From: Acidimicrobiia bacterium | GTDB lineage: Bacteria > Actinomycetota > Acidimicrobiia > Acidimicrobiales > Aldehydirespiratoraceae | NCBI GenBank assembly: GCA_003231645.1 | Contig: QIIW01000151.1 | Location: 72,621-136,620, forward strand | Direction of reading: 5' to 3' | DNA: 64,000 bases | Part shown: in pieces, positions 63,846-64,000 of the stretch | Layout of the letters: the number at the start of each line of letters is the position of its first letter | How positions within the stretch are numbered: the stretch's first letter is position 1 | Made by a program: the position numbers and the translations under genes | Notes under the pieces: model-generated | Told to the model about the DNA's origin: nothing | Seen by the model: only the letters and a program-made list of their open reading frames with translations | Databases searched by the model: none

Positions 63846-64000
63846 ATGGAACTGACGAAGCGTGATCTCGGGATACTCGAGCTGGAGCGGACCTGGTGGA
63901 CCCACCCGGCATCGAGGGCACGACAGATCGCCGACACGCTCGACATCTCGCTCACTCGTTACCACGAACTACTCGACCAACTGATCGATTCTCCCGAAGC
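63846..64000 (+). CDS. DUF3263-like small protein, N-terminal part (runs off the window)
   Basis: MELTKRDLGILELERTWWTHPASRARQIADTLDISLTRYHELLDQLIDSPE resembles the conserved actinobacterial DUF3263 pattern as I recall it. Confidence 0.45.
   Translation, partial: MELTKRDLGILELERTWWTHPASRARQIADTLDISLTRYHELLDQLIDSPE

Overview
This is a high-GC (roughly two-thirds G+C by eye), densely packed chromosomal core segment of an actinobacterium. The taxon call rests on WhiB, a DUF4244 Flp pilin, GlnR, SigH/RshA and gene order recalled from the Mycobacterium Rv3579c-Rv3682 region. I call about 75 protein genes and 4 tRNAs: Pro-CGG, Sec-UCA, Thr-CGU and Thr-UGU. I found no transposases, integrases, CRISPR arrays or recognisable defence genes. 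Content in order: asd (3' end); a receiver/STAS pair; two ArsA/Get3-like ATPases; a frame-split NfeD; WhiB; selB-selA; FxsA; GGDEF/EAL; an Fe-S/PLP cluster (Mrp, ErpA, a compact [2Fe-2S]-XDH-like fusion, RidA, a 560-aa NifS-like enzyme); a nitrogen cluster (glnR-glnA, glnII, nadE); a group 1/2 sigma factor; tRNA-Sec; a Tad/Flp pilus operon followed by a STAS/RsbW module; nhaA; topA; an MFS transporter; tmk; holB; an FNT channel; sigH-rshA; tilS-hpt; a folate operon (folE-folP-X-folB-folK); a pantothenate/CoA block (DUF2520-panC-X-coaX-lysS); clpC; radA; crp; ispDF; rlmB. No single obvious novel system stands out. The items most worth follow-up are: (1) a Cys-less dual-specificity-phosphatase-like gene translationally coupled inside the folate operon; (2) the miniaturised [2Fe-2S]/molybdo-hydroxylase fusion next to Fe-S carriers and a NifS-like enzyme; (3) a split selenocysteine toolkit (selAB here, selC 15 kb away) with no annotated selenoprotein, plus two short ORFs interrupted by in-frame TGA; (4) a Tad locus with C-rich 6C-like hairpins upstream and an unexplained 414-nt gap downstream. 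All function calls come from motif recognition by eye. No database searches were run.
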